Source of the DNA: an uncultured delta proteobacterium
GTDB taxonomy: Bacteria; Myxococcota_A; Polyangia; Fen-1088
Length of the DNA stretch: 64,000 nt
Direction: 5' to 3'
NCBI GenBank assembly: GCA_963796685.1
Contig: CAWCMR010000005.1
Span: 96,001 to 160,000, forward strand
Below the pieces are notes generated by a model, which was not told where the DNA came from, ran no database searches, and worked only from the letters and a program-made list of their open reading frames with translations. A program made the position numbers and the translations under genes. Positions 1 to 10,486 of this stretch are shown piece after piece. How positions within the stretch are numbered: the stretch's first letter is position 1; each line of letters starts with the position of its first letter.

Positions 1-1543
1 CTGCCCGCTGATGGCGGCGCGTCTGCCCATCCATTCCAGGCCCAGCGCGACGCCGGGAAAGAAGAAGGCGATCCAGTGGGCGCTGTACTGGAAGTTGATG
101 CTGACCAGCGCCCCGTAGTGGGTCGACAGCACGGTGAAGAGGAACCCCGGAATGGCCAGCACCAACCAAATGGGCCGGCGGAAGGGAAGAAAGGCCAACG
201 GCACGAGGATCTGGAGCATGTAGACGAGCTTGTCCATCTCGGCCAGGGTCGACATGGTGAAGGCAGGGTTGGCGAGCACGGTCACGAGCACGCTGCCGAA
301 TCCCTTGCCGCCTTGAGGAACCAGAATCCTTGTAGATCATGGTGAAGCTCTCGCCCCCGCCCACGTAGGGCATGGCGACGAACTTGAGGGTCAGGCAATA
401 GAGCGCGCCGATGACGGTCAGGAGCACGCCCGTCCGTGGCCGCCGCCCGCTGAGCAGGAAATAGAGTCCAAGCACCGCCACCCAAGACGATACGTCCTCG
501 CGACAGCTCAAGGTCAGAAGCACGAACACGGCGGCCCAGCGGTCGCGGCGCGTTTCCAGGAAGTACCACGCCCACCACAGCAAGAACGGTCCAAGTGGCA
601 GGAAGTGAAACTCGAACAGGTTCTCGCCGTGCAAGGCCGGGTAGAGAAGATAGGTCAGGGCCAGGATGCAGGCCGGCCAGCGGTCGACGTGCCGCCGGGC
701 GAGCTTGTACAGCGGAATCGCGGCCGCGCCAAGGATCGTCGATTGGATGAGCATGAGCGTCCCGGCGTTCTGGCGGATGGCATAGAAGGGCAGCAGCGCA
801 TAGGCGAAGAACTCGGCGTGATTGCCGAAATGGCTGCGCCCTGGCCCTTCCCACGGCGGCGTCTTGAAGAACGAGCCCCCGTGCAGCATGTTCCACAGCA
901 AGCTGTCGTAGATGCCGGTGTCATAGCCCGAGCGAAGCGAGTAGTAGAAGCAGTAGGTGTAGTACCCGAAATAGCAGATGTAGAAGATCGCGCCGATCAG
1001 TACCAAGATGGCAGGCAGCGAATACGCCGTCCGCGGCATCGCCAGGACCAGCTCCCCACGAAACCTCCGCCATGGCGCCAGGACTTTGGCCTCCCAGGGA
1101 AACGGCCCGGCCCGCAGCGACGCGATGACGGCAGCCCACGTGGCCACACCGAACAACACGACCAGGGTCAGGAACGAAAGGTCACGCCCTTTCCACACCT
1201 CGCAGCGAAAGAGCAGTGCGAAGAACCCGGCCAGGCACAACGGAGCCAGTCGCCTCGACGCGTGGTAGAGCTTTGCGGTCACGTTCGGCGTGGCAAAATG
1301 GGTGAAGAGGTAAAGCCCGCCGGCCAGGACCGCCGCGACGCCGCCCCCGAGGATGGAGACGAGCAGGTTCTGCCGAAGGTGGCTCGACAGGTGGTTCTCT
1401 TGGAAGTAGTGGACCAGCCACACCGGCGTGATGGCCACGCCGACCACGAAACCGATGGACACGCCACCCGCCAGGAGCAGGCCAAGGGCGCGCACCGAGT
1501 ACGACAGCCGGGTCTGGAAATCACTGTCTCGCGCGGGCGCCAC
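1..1543 (-). CDS. DUF2079-like polytopic membrane protein (putative GT-C glycosyltransferase); 3' end beyond window, one +1 frameshift near 326
   Basis: GTG at 1543 opens a hydrophobic frame (VAPARDSDFQTRLSYSVRALGLLL...) absent from the ORF track because it reaches the window edge. Removing one base near 326 gives ...GESFTMIYKDLVPQGGKGFGSVLVTVLANP...FQYSAHW, collinear with the neighbouring paralog. Confidence 0.7.
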   Translation of the reverse strand, partial: MAPARDSDFQTRLSYSVRALGLLLAGGVSIGFVVGVAITPVWLVHYFQENHLSSHLRQNLLVSILGGGVAAVLAGGLYLFTHFATPNVTAKLYHASRRLAPLCLAGFFALLFRCEVWKGRDLSFLTLVVLFGVATWAAVIASLRAGPFPWEAKVLAPWRRFRGELVLAMPRTAYSLPAILVLIGAIFYICYFGYYTYCFYYSLRSGYDTGIYDSLLWNMLHGGSFFKTPPWEGPGRSHFGNHAEFFAYALLPFYAIRQNAGTLMLIQSTILGAAAIPLYKLARRHVDRWPACILALTYLLYPALHGENLFEFHFLPLGPFLLWWAWYFLETRRDRWAAVFVLLTLSCREDVSSWVAVLGLYFLLSGRRPRTGVLLTVIGALYCLTLKFVAMPYVGGGESFTMIYKDSGSSRRQGIRQRARDRARQPCLHHVDPGRDGQARLHAPDPRAVGLSSLPPAHLVGAGHSGVPLHRAVDPLRGAGQHQLPVQRPLDRLLLSRRRAGPGMDGQTRRHQRA

Positions 1544-1545
1544 GT

Positions 1546-3615
1546 CTAGTTCCTCATCCGGGAAAGGACGCCCGCGTTCAGATCGGTCGGGTAGCCGCGC
1601 TTGGCGAGCACGTACTGCCCGCGCTCGGCCACCACGCCGAAGGCTCCGTCAGGCAACACCTCCATGATCTTGGCGCGCTCGTCGCCACCCACGGGAAGGC
1701 TGAAAAGCAAGTAGTCGGCGTCGGCGATGCCCATGCGCAAGGTGTAGGCGAAGGCTCGGTTCGACACCTGCGGCACGATGTTCTCCGACGAGACGATCTT
1801 CGCCTTGCGTGGCACCATGGCCAGAAGCTCGTAGAGCGTGCGCCTGCGTTCCACGTCCTCGGACGTGGTTCCGAAGTGGTAGGTGCCGAAGCCGCCGCGC
1901 GCGGCATTGTGCTGAAGCAAAGCGCCGAGCTGATACGACGTGGTGAGCACCGCGAGCGAGATGGCCACGAGCCACGCCCGCCGCCAAGCCGCGCCCGCGC
2001 GCCCGCGCCGGGACGCCTCATGGCCGACCCACGCCAGGTTGGCCACGAGAGCGATGAACAGGTACGAGGTCCAGTGCGCGGTGTACTGAAACGAGATCTG
2101 GTAGAGCGGCTTGTAGCCGGTGGAAAGCAGCGTGAACAGGAAGCCCGGCACGCAGCAAAGGATCCCGATGGCCCGGCGCATGGGAAAGAACGCCAGGGGC
2201 AGGAAGATCTTCGAGCAGGTAGACGAGCTTGTCCCGCTCGAGGACCACGCCCAGAGTGAAGACCGGGTTGCCGAACACGGTCTTCATCACCCCACTGAAG
2301 CCCTTGCTGCCCTCGGGAACCAGGCCCGCGTACTGGTGGATGAACGCCTCCGAGCCCCCGCGCTGAAGCGGCATGATCACCAATTTCATGCTCACGAAAT
2401 AGATCGCTCCCGCACAAGCGAGCCACAGCCCGGCCCGGGAGCTGCGGTTGGTGAGCATCAAGAAGAGGCCGCCGATCACGAGGCCGATCGAGACATCCTC
2501 GCGCACCGACAAGGTCAGGACCGCGAAGATGAACGTCGCCACCGCCCGCCGGGAAAGCGCGAAGTAGAGGGTGAACCACAGGAAGAACGGCGCCAGCGGC
2601 GGGTAGTGAAAGTCGTACAGGTTCGACCCGTGCAGCGGCGGATACAGCACGTACCACACCGCCACCAGGCACGACAGCCACGGTCCGAGATACTTGCGCG
2701 CGACCAGATAGAGCGGGATGGCCGCGCCGCCGATGAGGGCGGCCTGCAGAGATCAGAATGGTTTCCGCGCTCTGGTGGATGGCGTAGATGGGCGCGATGA
2801 TGTAGCTGAGGTAGGCGGCGTGCTCGCCGACCAGGTTGCCGGTCGGGCCACCGTAGGGCGTGGTACGGAAGAGCGCGCCGCTGTGAAGCGCGTTCCAGAT
2901 CACGTTCTCCTCGAGCCCCAGGTCGAGGCTGCTGGACAGGACGTTGCGGTGGTGGACCACGGTGTAATACCCGAAGTACGCGGTGTAGACGAGGGCAGCC
3001 AACACCACGAGGACGAAGGGCAGCCAGGTCGCGCTCCACCGCCCCATCTGCGCGCCATCGGCGAGCGCGCGATCGAAAAGGCGCGGCCGGCCGAAGACCG
3101 GCTGGGTGGCAAGCGCGACTTGGACGAGCTTCTGCGCCGAGAACACCAAGACCAGGACCAGCAACAGGAAGACCACCTCGCGCCCACCCTGCCAGAAGCG
3201 CCAGCGAAACATGAGGGGCAAGAGCGCCGCCAGCGCCGCAGGCGACAGCCGACGACCCAAGCGCTCGATGTGGTCGCCGAACAGAAGCTGCCTGCGGGCC
3301 AGCAGCCCGAACAGGAGCAGCGGAAAGATGGCCATTCCGCAGACGCCGAAGGTGACCGCGCGCAGCCCGCGCTCGTGGGTGGGCCCGTTGCTCAGGACGA
3401 AATCGTAGAGCGAGGCGGATGCCCAGAAGCTCCCACAGGCACACGCCGAGAGAGAAACCGATGAGCGCCAGCACCCCGAGACCGGAAAAGGCCGCGCTGA
3501 GGCGCGGGCGCCAGGCGGCAAAGTCGGCTGAAAGCCCGACCCTGCCAGCATCCTCGACAGCCTCGGCGGGCCGGCCTGACGCCGGGCCCTCGCCGACTTC
3601 CTCGCCCGTGCTCAC
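1546..3615 (-). CDS. DUF2079-like polytopic membrane protein (putative GT-C glycosyltransferase), ~688 aa after correcting three +1 frameshifts (~3417, ~2752, ~2210)
   Basis: Pieced from ORFs 2515..3615, 1578..3551, 2018..2665 and 1546..2181. Motifs DLGLEENVIWN, NLYDFH, LSVREDV, FQYTAHW. GTG start overlaps the upstream TGA (GTGA). Confidence 0.75.
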
Positions 3616-4631
3616 GTCGGCTTGCCCTCGCTCCTCGCAGCCGCGGGACCGGCTGGTGCCTGTTGCGGCGCCTCGCCCCCCACGCCGCCCGCCGCGAAAT
3701 TCACTTCCTTGGCCACGGTATAGAGCGGACGACGCTGCACTTCTTCATAGATGCGGCCGACGTAGGCGCCGAGGATGCCAATCATGAAAAGCTGGGCCGA
3801 GGAGCCGAGCGCCACCAGGATCATGATGGTCGTCCAGCCCGGCACCGCACTCACGCCATGAATCTTCACCCAAAACGCCCAAGCGCCGAGGCCCATGGCC
3901 AAAAGGGCCGCGAACGCGCCTAACCAGGTCGCCATGCGCAGCGGAAGGGTCGAAAACGACGTGATGCCGTCGAAGGCGAACTTCAACATCTTGCTCAGCG
4001 GGTACTTCGTGACGCCGGCGAAGCGCTCATGGCGCGTGTAGGTCACCGAGGACTGCCGGAAGCCGATCCACCCGACCAACCCTCGAATGAAGCGGTGGCC
4101 CTCGCGCAGCGAGCGCAGGGTCAGAATCACGACCCGACTCATGAGCCGGAAATCGCCGGCATCGAGCACCACGTCGAATCCCAGCATGGCACGAAACACG
4201 CGGTAGAAGACCAGGGCCGTCAGGCGCTTGAACCAGGTCTCGCCCAGTCGCCGCCCGCGAACCGCATAGACGACGTCGTAGCCTTCGCGCCAGCGGGCCA
4301 GCATCGCACGCACCACCTCGGGTGGATCCTGAAGGTCGGCGTCCATGACCACGACCGCTTCGCCTTCCGCCCGATCCATCCCGGCCGTGATCGCGATCTG
4401 ATGGCCGAAATTGCGCGAAAAGGAGATGACCTTGAAACGGGGCTCGCTTTTCGCCATGTCGGCCAGCAACTTGGCCGAGGAATCGCGCGAGCCGTCGTCG
4501 ACGAAGACGACCTCCCAGGTTTCGCCCAGCTCGGCAAAGAACGCGCGCAGACGTCGGTCGAGCTCGGGAATCGTTTCTTCCTCGTTGAAGACGGGGATCA
4601 CGACCGAAAGGGTGGGACGTGCTTCTGTCAT
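3612..4631 (-). CDS. GT2 polyprenol-phosphate glycosyltransferase (GtrB/YfdH/DPM1-like)
   Basis: LSVVIPVFNEE, VDDGSRD, FSRNFGHQ, MDADLQDPPE, GDFRLMSR and two C-terminal TM helices. Confidence 0.93.
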   Translation of the reverse strand: MTEARPTLSVVIPVFNEEETIPELDRRLRAFFAELGETWEVVFVDDGSRDSSAKLLADMAKSEPRFKVISFSRNFGHQIAITAGMDRAEGEAVVVMDADLQDPPEVVRAMLARWREGYDVVYAVRGRRLGETWFKRLTALVFYRVFRAMLGFDVVLDAGDFRLMSRVVILTLRSLREGHRFIRGLVGWIGFRQSSVTYTRHERFAGVTKYPLSKMLKFAFDGITSFSTLPLRMATWLGAFAALLAMGLGAWAFWVKIHGVSAVPGWTTIMILVALGSSAQLFMIGILGAYVGRIYEEVQRRPLYTVAKEVNFAAGGVGGEAPQQAPAGPAAARSEGKPT

Positions 4632-4847
4632 GCAGGAGGCCGTTTATACCGCGAACATCGCGCCAATTGGACCAAAGACCACCCGAGATCGCCAGCCATC
4701 CGGGGCGGCATCACTCCCGCGATAGCCGCAGAAGGCCGTAGCCGTGGCCGACCACCCGTATGCGACCATCGGTGTGACACATAGCACTGTGGAGCCCGAA
4801 TGGCGTCGGCGATGGCGCCTCCTTGGCCGGGCTGCTAGTTTCGCGCC

Positions 4848-5807
4848 ATGAAGCTTCGCATTCTCTACCACGGCAATTGCTTCGACGGCTCGGCGTCTGC
4901 GGGGTTGTTCGCGCGATTCTTTCGCGAACGCCTGGCGAAGGGCGATGCCGAGGTCGCGTATACGCCCATGCAGCACAAGGGCGACGCGCAGCCGATTGCC
5001 GAAAAGCTGCTCGACGGCGATGTGAACGCCTGCGTGGATTTCCGCTACAGCCAGAACCCACGGCTTGGCTGGTGGTTCGACCACCACGTTTCGGCGTTTC
5101 AGCTACCCGGCGACGAGGCGCATTTTCGCGCCGACCGCAGCGGGCAAAAGTTCTACGACCCGCACGCCAAGAGCTGCACCCGATTCCTCGCCACGAAGCT
5201 GGCCCAGCATTTCGACTGGGACATTGCTCCTTTCGCCGAGCTTCTGCACTGGGCGGAGATCATCGACGGCGCGCTCTTTCCGTCGGCGGCCATGGCGGTC
5301 GAGCTGCACGAGCCGGCCTTGCGGCTCATGACCTGGGTCGAGAACAACCGCGACAAGGCGCTGGCCGAGCGGTTCATCGGGGAGCTGGTATCGCGCCCGC
5401 TGGCCGACCTCGCCGCCGACACCTACGTGGCCGAGGCGTTGCAGCCGCTCCTGGTGCGCCACGAGCAGAACCTGGCGGCCATGCGCCGCCTTTCGCACCT
5501 GGACCGGGGCGTGGTGACGAGCGACCTCATCCCCGAAGGTATCGCCACCATCAACAAGTTCATCGTCTATTATCTGCACCCCGAGGCGCGCTATTCCGTC
5601 ACCCTCCTCGAAACCGCCGAGCGCTACAAGATCTCGGTCGGCTCGAACCCGTGGCCGAAAGCTCCGCGCACCCACGACATCGCCAAGCTGTGCGAGAAAT
5701 ACGGCGGCGGCGGCCATCCCGCGGTAGGCGCCATCTCGCTGCCCAAGACCGATCTGGAGGCCGTGCGCAAGGTCGCAGGTGAAATCGTGGACGTTCTGCA
5801 GAGCTAA
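4848..5807 (+). CDS. DHH/DHHA1-family phosphoesterase (nanoRNase-like)
   Basis: YHGNCFDG, CVDF, WFDHH and C-terminal GGGGHPAVGA motifs. Confidence 0.85.
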   Translation: MKLRILYHGNCFDGSASAGLFARFFRERLAKGDAEVAYTPMQHKGDAQPIAEKLLDGDVNACVDFRYSQNPRLGWWFDHHVSAFQLPGDEAHFRADRSGQKFYDPHAKSCTRFLATKLAQHFDWDIAPFAELLHWAEIIDGALFPSAAMAVELHEPALRLMTWVENNRDKALAERFIGELVSRPLADLAADTYVAEALQPLLVRHEQNLAAMRRLSHLDRGVVTSDLIPEGIATINKFIVYYLHPEARYSVTLLETAERYKISVGSNPWPKAPRTHDIAKLCEKYGGGGHPAVGAISLPKTDLEAVRKVAGEIVDVLQS

Positions 5808-7825
5808 TAAATGATGCCGTGGCAGGTGGTGTCGCACGTCCCGCTGCCGTTCAGGGGACCATCGTCGCACTCTTCGCCGAAGAGGCTGTCGACCTTGCCG
5901 TCGCCGCAGTAGGGAACGGTCCGGCAACCGGGGCCGCAGCCCTGGGTCTGACCGTAGGTCGTCTGGTTGACGCCATCGTCGCACTCTTCGCCGTAGGCGG
6001 TGTCGACGTTGCCGTCACCGCAGAAGGGGCCGACGGTGCACTGGGTGGTGCAGCCGCCGTAGGCATCGTCGGCGTTGGCGGCGCCGTTGTCGCAGGCCTC
6101 GCTGCCGTTGATGATGCCGTCGCCGCAGCGATCCTTGCAGACGGTGTGGGTGCGGTTGAATTGGCCCACGGTCAGCTTGTAGCTCGACCGGGTCTGCTTG
6201 CGCTCGGCCTGGAACAAGGCGATTTCGTAGACCTTGCCCTTGGTCAGGTTGAACTTGGTCGCGGTGGCCGCATCGAGCGTGATGGCGCCTTCGGCGGCCT
6301 CGTGGATGCCGCCCAGATCCACGGCCAGCTTGCCGTTCAAGAACACCCACACGTCGTCGTCGCCGATGAAGTCCAGAGTTTCGCCGCCCTTGAATTCGAA
6401 CCAGTAGCGGAGCTCGCTGGTGAACGAAAAGTTGTGCTTGGAGTTGTCGAGGTCGCAGGTACCGAGGAAGGGGTGCTCGGGCCCCGGCCTACCCTGTGCG
6501 TCCGGGGCGTCCCAGCCCTTGCCATCGAGCGGGAAGAAGGCCGGCCGCAGCCATAGCTTGAGATCGCTCGAGTAGTACGAGGAGTGGTCGTACATGAAGG
6601 TGCCGTTGGGCTGGCCTAGCAAGGTGAGGGTGTCGACGACTGTGCTGCAGTACTTCGAGTCCCGATACCAGGTGTCGAAGTTGGTCTGATTGGAGGTCTT
6701 GGACAGGGTGGTGTCGACCGCCGAGTTGTATTGCGGTTTGCGGTCGGGGCCCAGGGTGTCGAGCACCACGCCCAAGGTCAGGGTTCCATTGGTGGGAACC
6801 TCGAAATCCGGATGGGGTGGCGGATTGGTGATGGTCGCCGTCTGCGGGATCATGTCGCGGTAGATGATGGGAACCACCATGTCCGTGTCGGATCCTTCGA
6901 CGACCTGCTGGCAGTCCCAGCCCGGTTCCAGCTTGCACGTCGACGAGCACCCGTCACCCGAGCTCAAGTTGCCGTCGTCGCATTCCTCGTCGGGCAGCTT
7001 GAGGCCGTCGCCGCACGGCGAGGTGCAGCCGCTGGTTCCCGTGCAGATGGGCTCGGACTTGCAGTCCGAGGCGCAGCCGTCGCCGGGCATGGTGTTGCCG
7101 TCGTCGCACGACTCGCTGCCTTCCTTGGTGCCGTCGCCACACACCGTCCTGTGGCAAGCGGTGTTCGGCTTCGAGCAAGCGTAACCCGGCTCGAGCTTGC
7201 ACCCCGAGCTGCAGCCGTCGCCCGAGTTGGCGTTGCCATCATCGCATTCCTCCCAGCCCGTGAGCAGGCCGTCCCCGCACCTAGGTTGACAGCGAAGGCC
7301 GGGCGCGGCGCAAACCCAGCCGGGCTCCACCGTGCTGCAATCGGCGGAGCAACCGTCGCCGTCCGTGGTGTTGTGATTGTCGCAAGCCTCCTTGCCCGAA
7401 ATGTGCCCGTCGCCGCACACCACGGTCGACACGCAGGGCGAGCCGGCGGTGGGGCAGACGAAGTCGGTTTCAACCCGGCAGGCCAGGGAGCAGCCGTCCC
7501 CCGGTATGGTGTTCCCGTCGTCGCACTCCTCGTCGCTGTCCAAGGTGCCGTCGCCGCAGTGGGGAGGGATCCCGCACCCGCTCGGATCCTGGCAAACCGG
7601 GCGCGCGTCGTTCCTGGTCGGCACGTCGAGCGAAAAGGTCACGGCGCTGTCGAGCTTGAGCATGATGGCGGCATCCCCCGGCGCGAGCGTGGCCGCGTCG
7701 GGAACGGCATTGCCGGTGATGGTTCCGCCGTTGCAGCCCACGAGCCCGCAGCCTGCCGTCAGCATCCCCATGGCAGCGCCCAAGCGGGCTCGCCTGGCTC
7801 GCACGACATCGCACTGGCCTAGCAT
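5804..7825 (-). CDS. Secreted fibro-slime (PA14-like) domain lipoprotein with myxobacterial Cys-rich (DUF4215) repeats
   Basis: Signal ending LVGC; many CGDG...E.CDDGN...GDGCS..C repeats; HNFSFTSELRYWF, GDDDVWVFLNGKLAVDLGGIH, FQAER. Confidence 0.88.
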   Translation of the reverse strand: MLGQCDVVRARRARLGAAMGMLTAGCGLVGCNGGTITGNAVPDAATLAPGDAAIMLKLDSAVTFSLDVPTRNDARPVCQDPSGCGIPPHCGDGTLDSDEECDDGNTIPGDGCSLACRVETDFVCPTAGSPCVSTVVCGDGHISGKEACDNHNTTDGDGCSADCSTVEPGWVCAAPGLRCQPRCGDGLLTGWEECDDGNANSGDGCSSGCKLEPGYACSKPNTACHRTVCGDGTKEGSESCDDGNTMPGDGCASDCKSEPICTGTSGCTSPCGDGLKLPDEECDDGNLSSGDGCSSTCKLEPGWDCQQVVEGSDTDMVVPIIYRDMIPQTATITNPPPHPDFEVPTNGTLTLGVVLDTLGPDRKPQYNSAVDTTLSKTSNQTNFDTWYRDSKYCSTVVDTLTLLGQPNGTFMYDHSSYYSSDLKLWLRPAFFPLDGKGWDAPDAQGRPGPEHPFLGTCDLDNSKHNFSFTSELRYWFEFKGGETLDFIGDDDVWVFLNGKLAVDLGGIHEAAEGAITLDAATATKFNLTKGKVYEIALFQAERKQTRSSYKLTVGQFNRTHTVCKDRCGDGIINGSEACDNGAANADDAYGGCTTQCTVGPFCGDGNVDTAYGEECDDGVNQTTYGQTQGCGPGCRTVPYCGDGKVDSLFGEECDDGPLNGSGTCDTTCHGIIY

Positions 7826-7849
7826 GGTCGTGGTATTCTAGCCGAATCG

Positions 7850-8728
7850 ATGCCCAATCGCATTGCTTCGCTGCAGTTCCTTGCGGGCGCGTTGGTTTGC
7901 CTGGCCGCCGTCTTGGGGGCCTGCAAGAAGGCGGATGTCGCACCCGGTGACGCGGGCGCGGCCGACCGCCATGTCACGGCCAGCAGCGGAGGCAGCGGAG
8001 GCCAAAACACGGTCGGTGAGGGCGGCAGCGGTGGGCAGGCCACGGGAGGCGGCGGCGATCAAGGCGGCAGCGGCGGCGGCGGCGCAGACGAGGGTGGGAG
8101 CGGCGGCGGCGGAGCGGGCGGAACCTCGAGCCAGGGAGGCAAGAGCGGTCGCGATGCCTCGATGGGCGGCGCGGCCGGCAAGGATGCCAGCCGCGAGGCT
8201 TCGCCGGCCATCGACGGCGGCCCGGTCAGCTGCGACGACATCACCAGTCCAGGCCGCCTGGCGGTCTACTACTACTGCGACAGCGCGGCCTCCGGCTCGT
8301 CCATCCAAATCCACCTCGATCTCGTCAACTACACCGCCTTCAGCTCGAAGCTGTCGCAGGTGACGGTGCGCTACTGGTTCACCGACGAAGTGGCCGCCTC
8401 GCCGAACGTGATGGAGCAGTACTACGTTCCCATCCCCACCACCATGAAGTTCATCACCCTCGATCCGCCCCGGGCCGGCGCGGACACCGTGCTCGAGATG
8501 TCCTATTCGCCCTCTCCCGACGCGGGCACGTCCTGGGTGGAGACGCGCGGGTTCAACTTCGCCTTCCACAAGACCAGCTACGACGGCACCTACGACCAGA
8601 CCAACGACTACTCCTACGATCCGACCTTGAAATCGGCCCTCGGCCTCAACCCCAAGATCACCGCCTACGTCAACGGCGTTCTGGCCTGGGGCTGCGAGCC
8701 GGACGTCCTTCCGAATGGTGGCGGGTAA
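7850..8728 (+). CDS. Lipoprotein with Gly-rich linker and C-terminal CBM3-like cellulose-binding module
   Basis: Lipobox VLGAC; LSQVTVRYWFT, GADTVLE, YDQTNDYSY, NPKITAYVNGVLAWGCEP resemble the CBM3 consensus. Confidence 0.8.
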   Translation: MPNRIASLQFLAGALVCLAAVLGACKKADVAPGDAGAADRHVTASSGGSGGQNTVGEGGSGGQATGGGGDQGGSGGGGADEGGSGGGGAGGTSSQGGKSGRDASMGGAAGKDASREASPAIDGGPVSCDDITSPGRLAVYYYCDSAASGSSIQIHLDLVNYTAFSSKLSQVTVRYWFTDEVAASPNVMEQYYVPIPTTMKFITLDPPRAGADTVLEMSYSPSPDAGTSWVETRGFNFAFHKTSYDGTYDQTNDYSYDPTLKSALGLNPKITAYVNGVLAWGCEPDVLPNGGG

Positions 8729-8752
8729 CCCGCGGCACCCTGGCAGAAGGTA

Positions 8753-9601
8753 TCAGAGGCTGGGCATCGACAGGGTTCGACGAAGAGCACGCCGCTCGCG
8801 TTTGCGCGCGACCTTGGCGATCCGTCGCTCGAGCTTGGCGGCGGACACGGCCCGACCTGCCAGACCCTCCTGTTCCTCGTGGTGCTCGGAAAAATCGCCG
8901 GGTGAGGTCCCGAGCTCGAAGATCGTGACCTCGCGCTTGCCGCGCTCGCCGACGCGCAAGGGCATCACCGCTGCCCCGATGCCGGCACCCACGTAAACCG
9001 CCCCGGCGTTGTCGTTCGCCCGCCGGCTTCCGTATAGACCGTGCACGTACCTGTGCCCGCCGATCTTGCCCAGGGCTATCTCGTGCAATCCGGCCAGCGT
9101 GATCTGTCCGCCGTGCGTGTGTCCGGACAGCACCAGCGGAATGCCGTGCGGCCACAACATGTCCGCTTCCTCCGCGATGTGCGACAGGGCCAGGGATGGA
9201 AGATCGCGGCGCAGACCAGCCACCGCCTTGTCGCGCCGGGCATGACCCGTATACGCGTCGTCGAGCCCGACGATTTGGATGCGCTGGCTGCGCACCGTGA
9301 TCGTGGTGTTCTGGTTGCGCAAGACCTCGACCCCGCCCCGCTGCAAGGCCAAGCAAACCTCGTCGGCGCCGGCCCAATAGTCGTGGTTGCCCAGCACGGC
9401 GATCACCGGGGCATGAAAGCCCACCATCAGATGGGTCAACTGGTCCAGGTAGAGCTGGCTGTGGCAAACGAAATCCCCGGTGACGAGCACCAGATCGGGG
9501 CTCTCCGCGTTGACCAGCGCCTGCGCCTCGCGCTGAATCGCGAACGGTGTGACCCGACCGACGTGCAGATCGGTCACGTGCGCGATGCGCATCGGATCCA
9601 T
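8753..9601 (-). CDS. Calcineurin-like metallophosphoesterase (YkuE/YaeI-like)
   Basis: DLH, TGDF, LGNHD, LSH, SGHTHGGQ motifs. Start placed at MDPMRIAH rather than the upstream ORF start. Confidence 0.88.
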   Translation of the reverse strand: MDPMRIAHVTDLHVGRVTPFAIQREAQALVNAESPDLVLVTGDFVCHSQLYLDQLTHLMVGFHAPVIAVLGNHDYWAGADEVCLALQRGGVEVLRNQNTTITVRSQRIQIVGLDDAYTGHARRDKAVAGLRRDLPSLALSHIAEEADMLWPHGIPLVLSGHTHGGQITLAGLHEIALGKIGGHRYVHGLYGSRRANDNAGAVYVGAGIGAAVMPLRVGERGKREVTIFELGTSPGDFSEHHEEQEGLAGRAVSAAKLERRIAKVARKRERRALRRTLSMPSL

Positions 9602-9816
9602 CCGCCGCACGTAGGCGGCAGGACCGGCGAATCGGCGCAAGGCGACTCGCCCCTGCTTCACCCTCGAAGCCGCCACCGACGATCTCGCCCAGCTTTGACT
9701 CCACGAGAACGGCGGGAACATCATCTACAGAAAGTGTAACTGCCGTCGCCCGGATGTCCAGGCAAGTTGCCGCCATGGCAGACTTGCGACGCGCGGCCCG
9801 CCGCGCCGCACATCCG

Positions 9817-10473
9817 CTACAGCCCGGAATCTACAGACGAATCCAAGGGCGCAGGCTGGGTGCCCCCGTCGAGGACCGGAATCGTGGGGATCGCCTGACG
9901 GCAATCCGCGGGCACGTGACAACTGGCGATGGCGCCGCAAGTCTCGGCAACTTCGGCCAGGCGGCTGGCGAAGGGCTCCGTGGCGACGTACGGACACGAG
10001 GTTGGCCAGGGGATATCGGCCTGGCAGAGCGTGATCACGTCCTCGGGGCTGAGAGACTTGGCCGTATCCTGGCAGATCCCATTCGAGCACGTGTACTGAT
10101 AGGTGGTCGTTCCGAGGGTTGCGTCCCAAGGTGCGCAATCCGCGTCGACGGTGCACGCGACAGGATGGCCGGGCTCGGCCGCGTTCACCTGGATGGGACC
10201 GCTGGACAGGATGAGAACATGGATGGTCAAAATGCGGCTCCAAAGCATGACGAAGGTGTCACCGCTCTGGACGCTGTCGCAGGCCAGCGGTGTGATCCTT
10301 GGATCCTCGGGTGTCAACGTGCAAATGCCCCCCGAGCAATTGGCGTCGAAGACGTAGCCGAGCGTGTCGGTCACCGTCACCGGCGGCGTGCTGCCGCCGG
10401 AGGAGCTGCTGCTACAAGCAAACGCCGATACCAGCAGGATGGCAAGTGCGGATGGTTTCGTGATTGGCGACAT
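9817..10473 (-). CDS. Cys-rich hypothetical lipoprotein
   Basis: Signal peptide with SAFAC lipobox, Ser-rich linker, multiple Cys, GAGGGA RBS. Confidence 0.7.
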   Translation of the reverse strand: MSPITKPSALAILLVSAFACSSSSSGGSTPPVTVTDTLGYVFDANCSGGICTLTPEDPRITPLACDSVQSGDTFVMLWSRILTIHVLILSSGPIQVNAAEPGHPVACTVDADCAPWDATLGTTTYQYTCSNGICQDTAKSLSPEDVITLCQADIPWPTSCPYVATEPFASRLAEVAETCGAIASCHVPADCRQAIPTIPVLDGGTQPAPLDSSVDSGL

Positions 10474-10486
10474 GGTCCCTCGTTCG

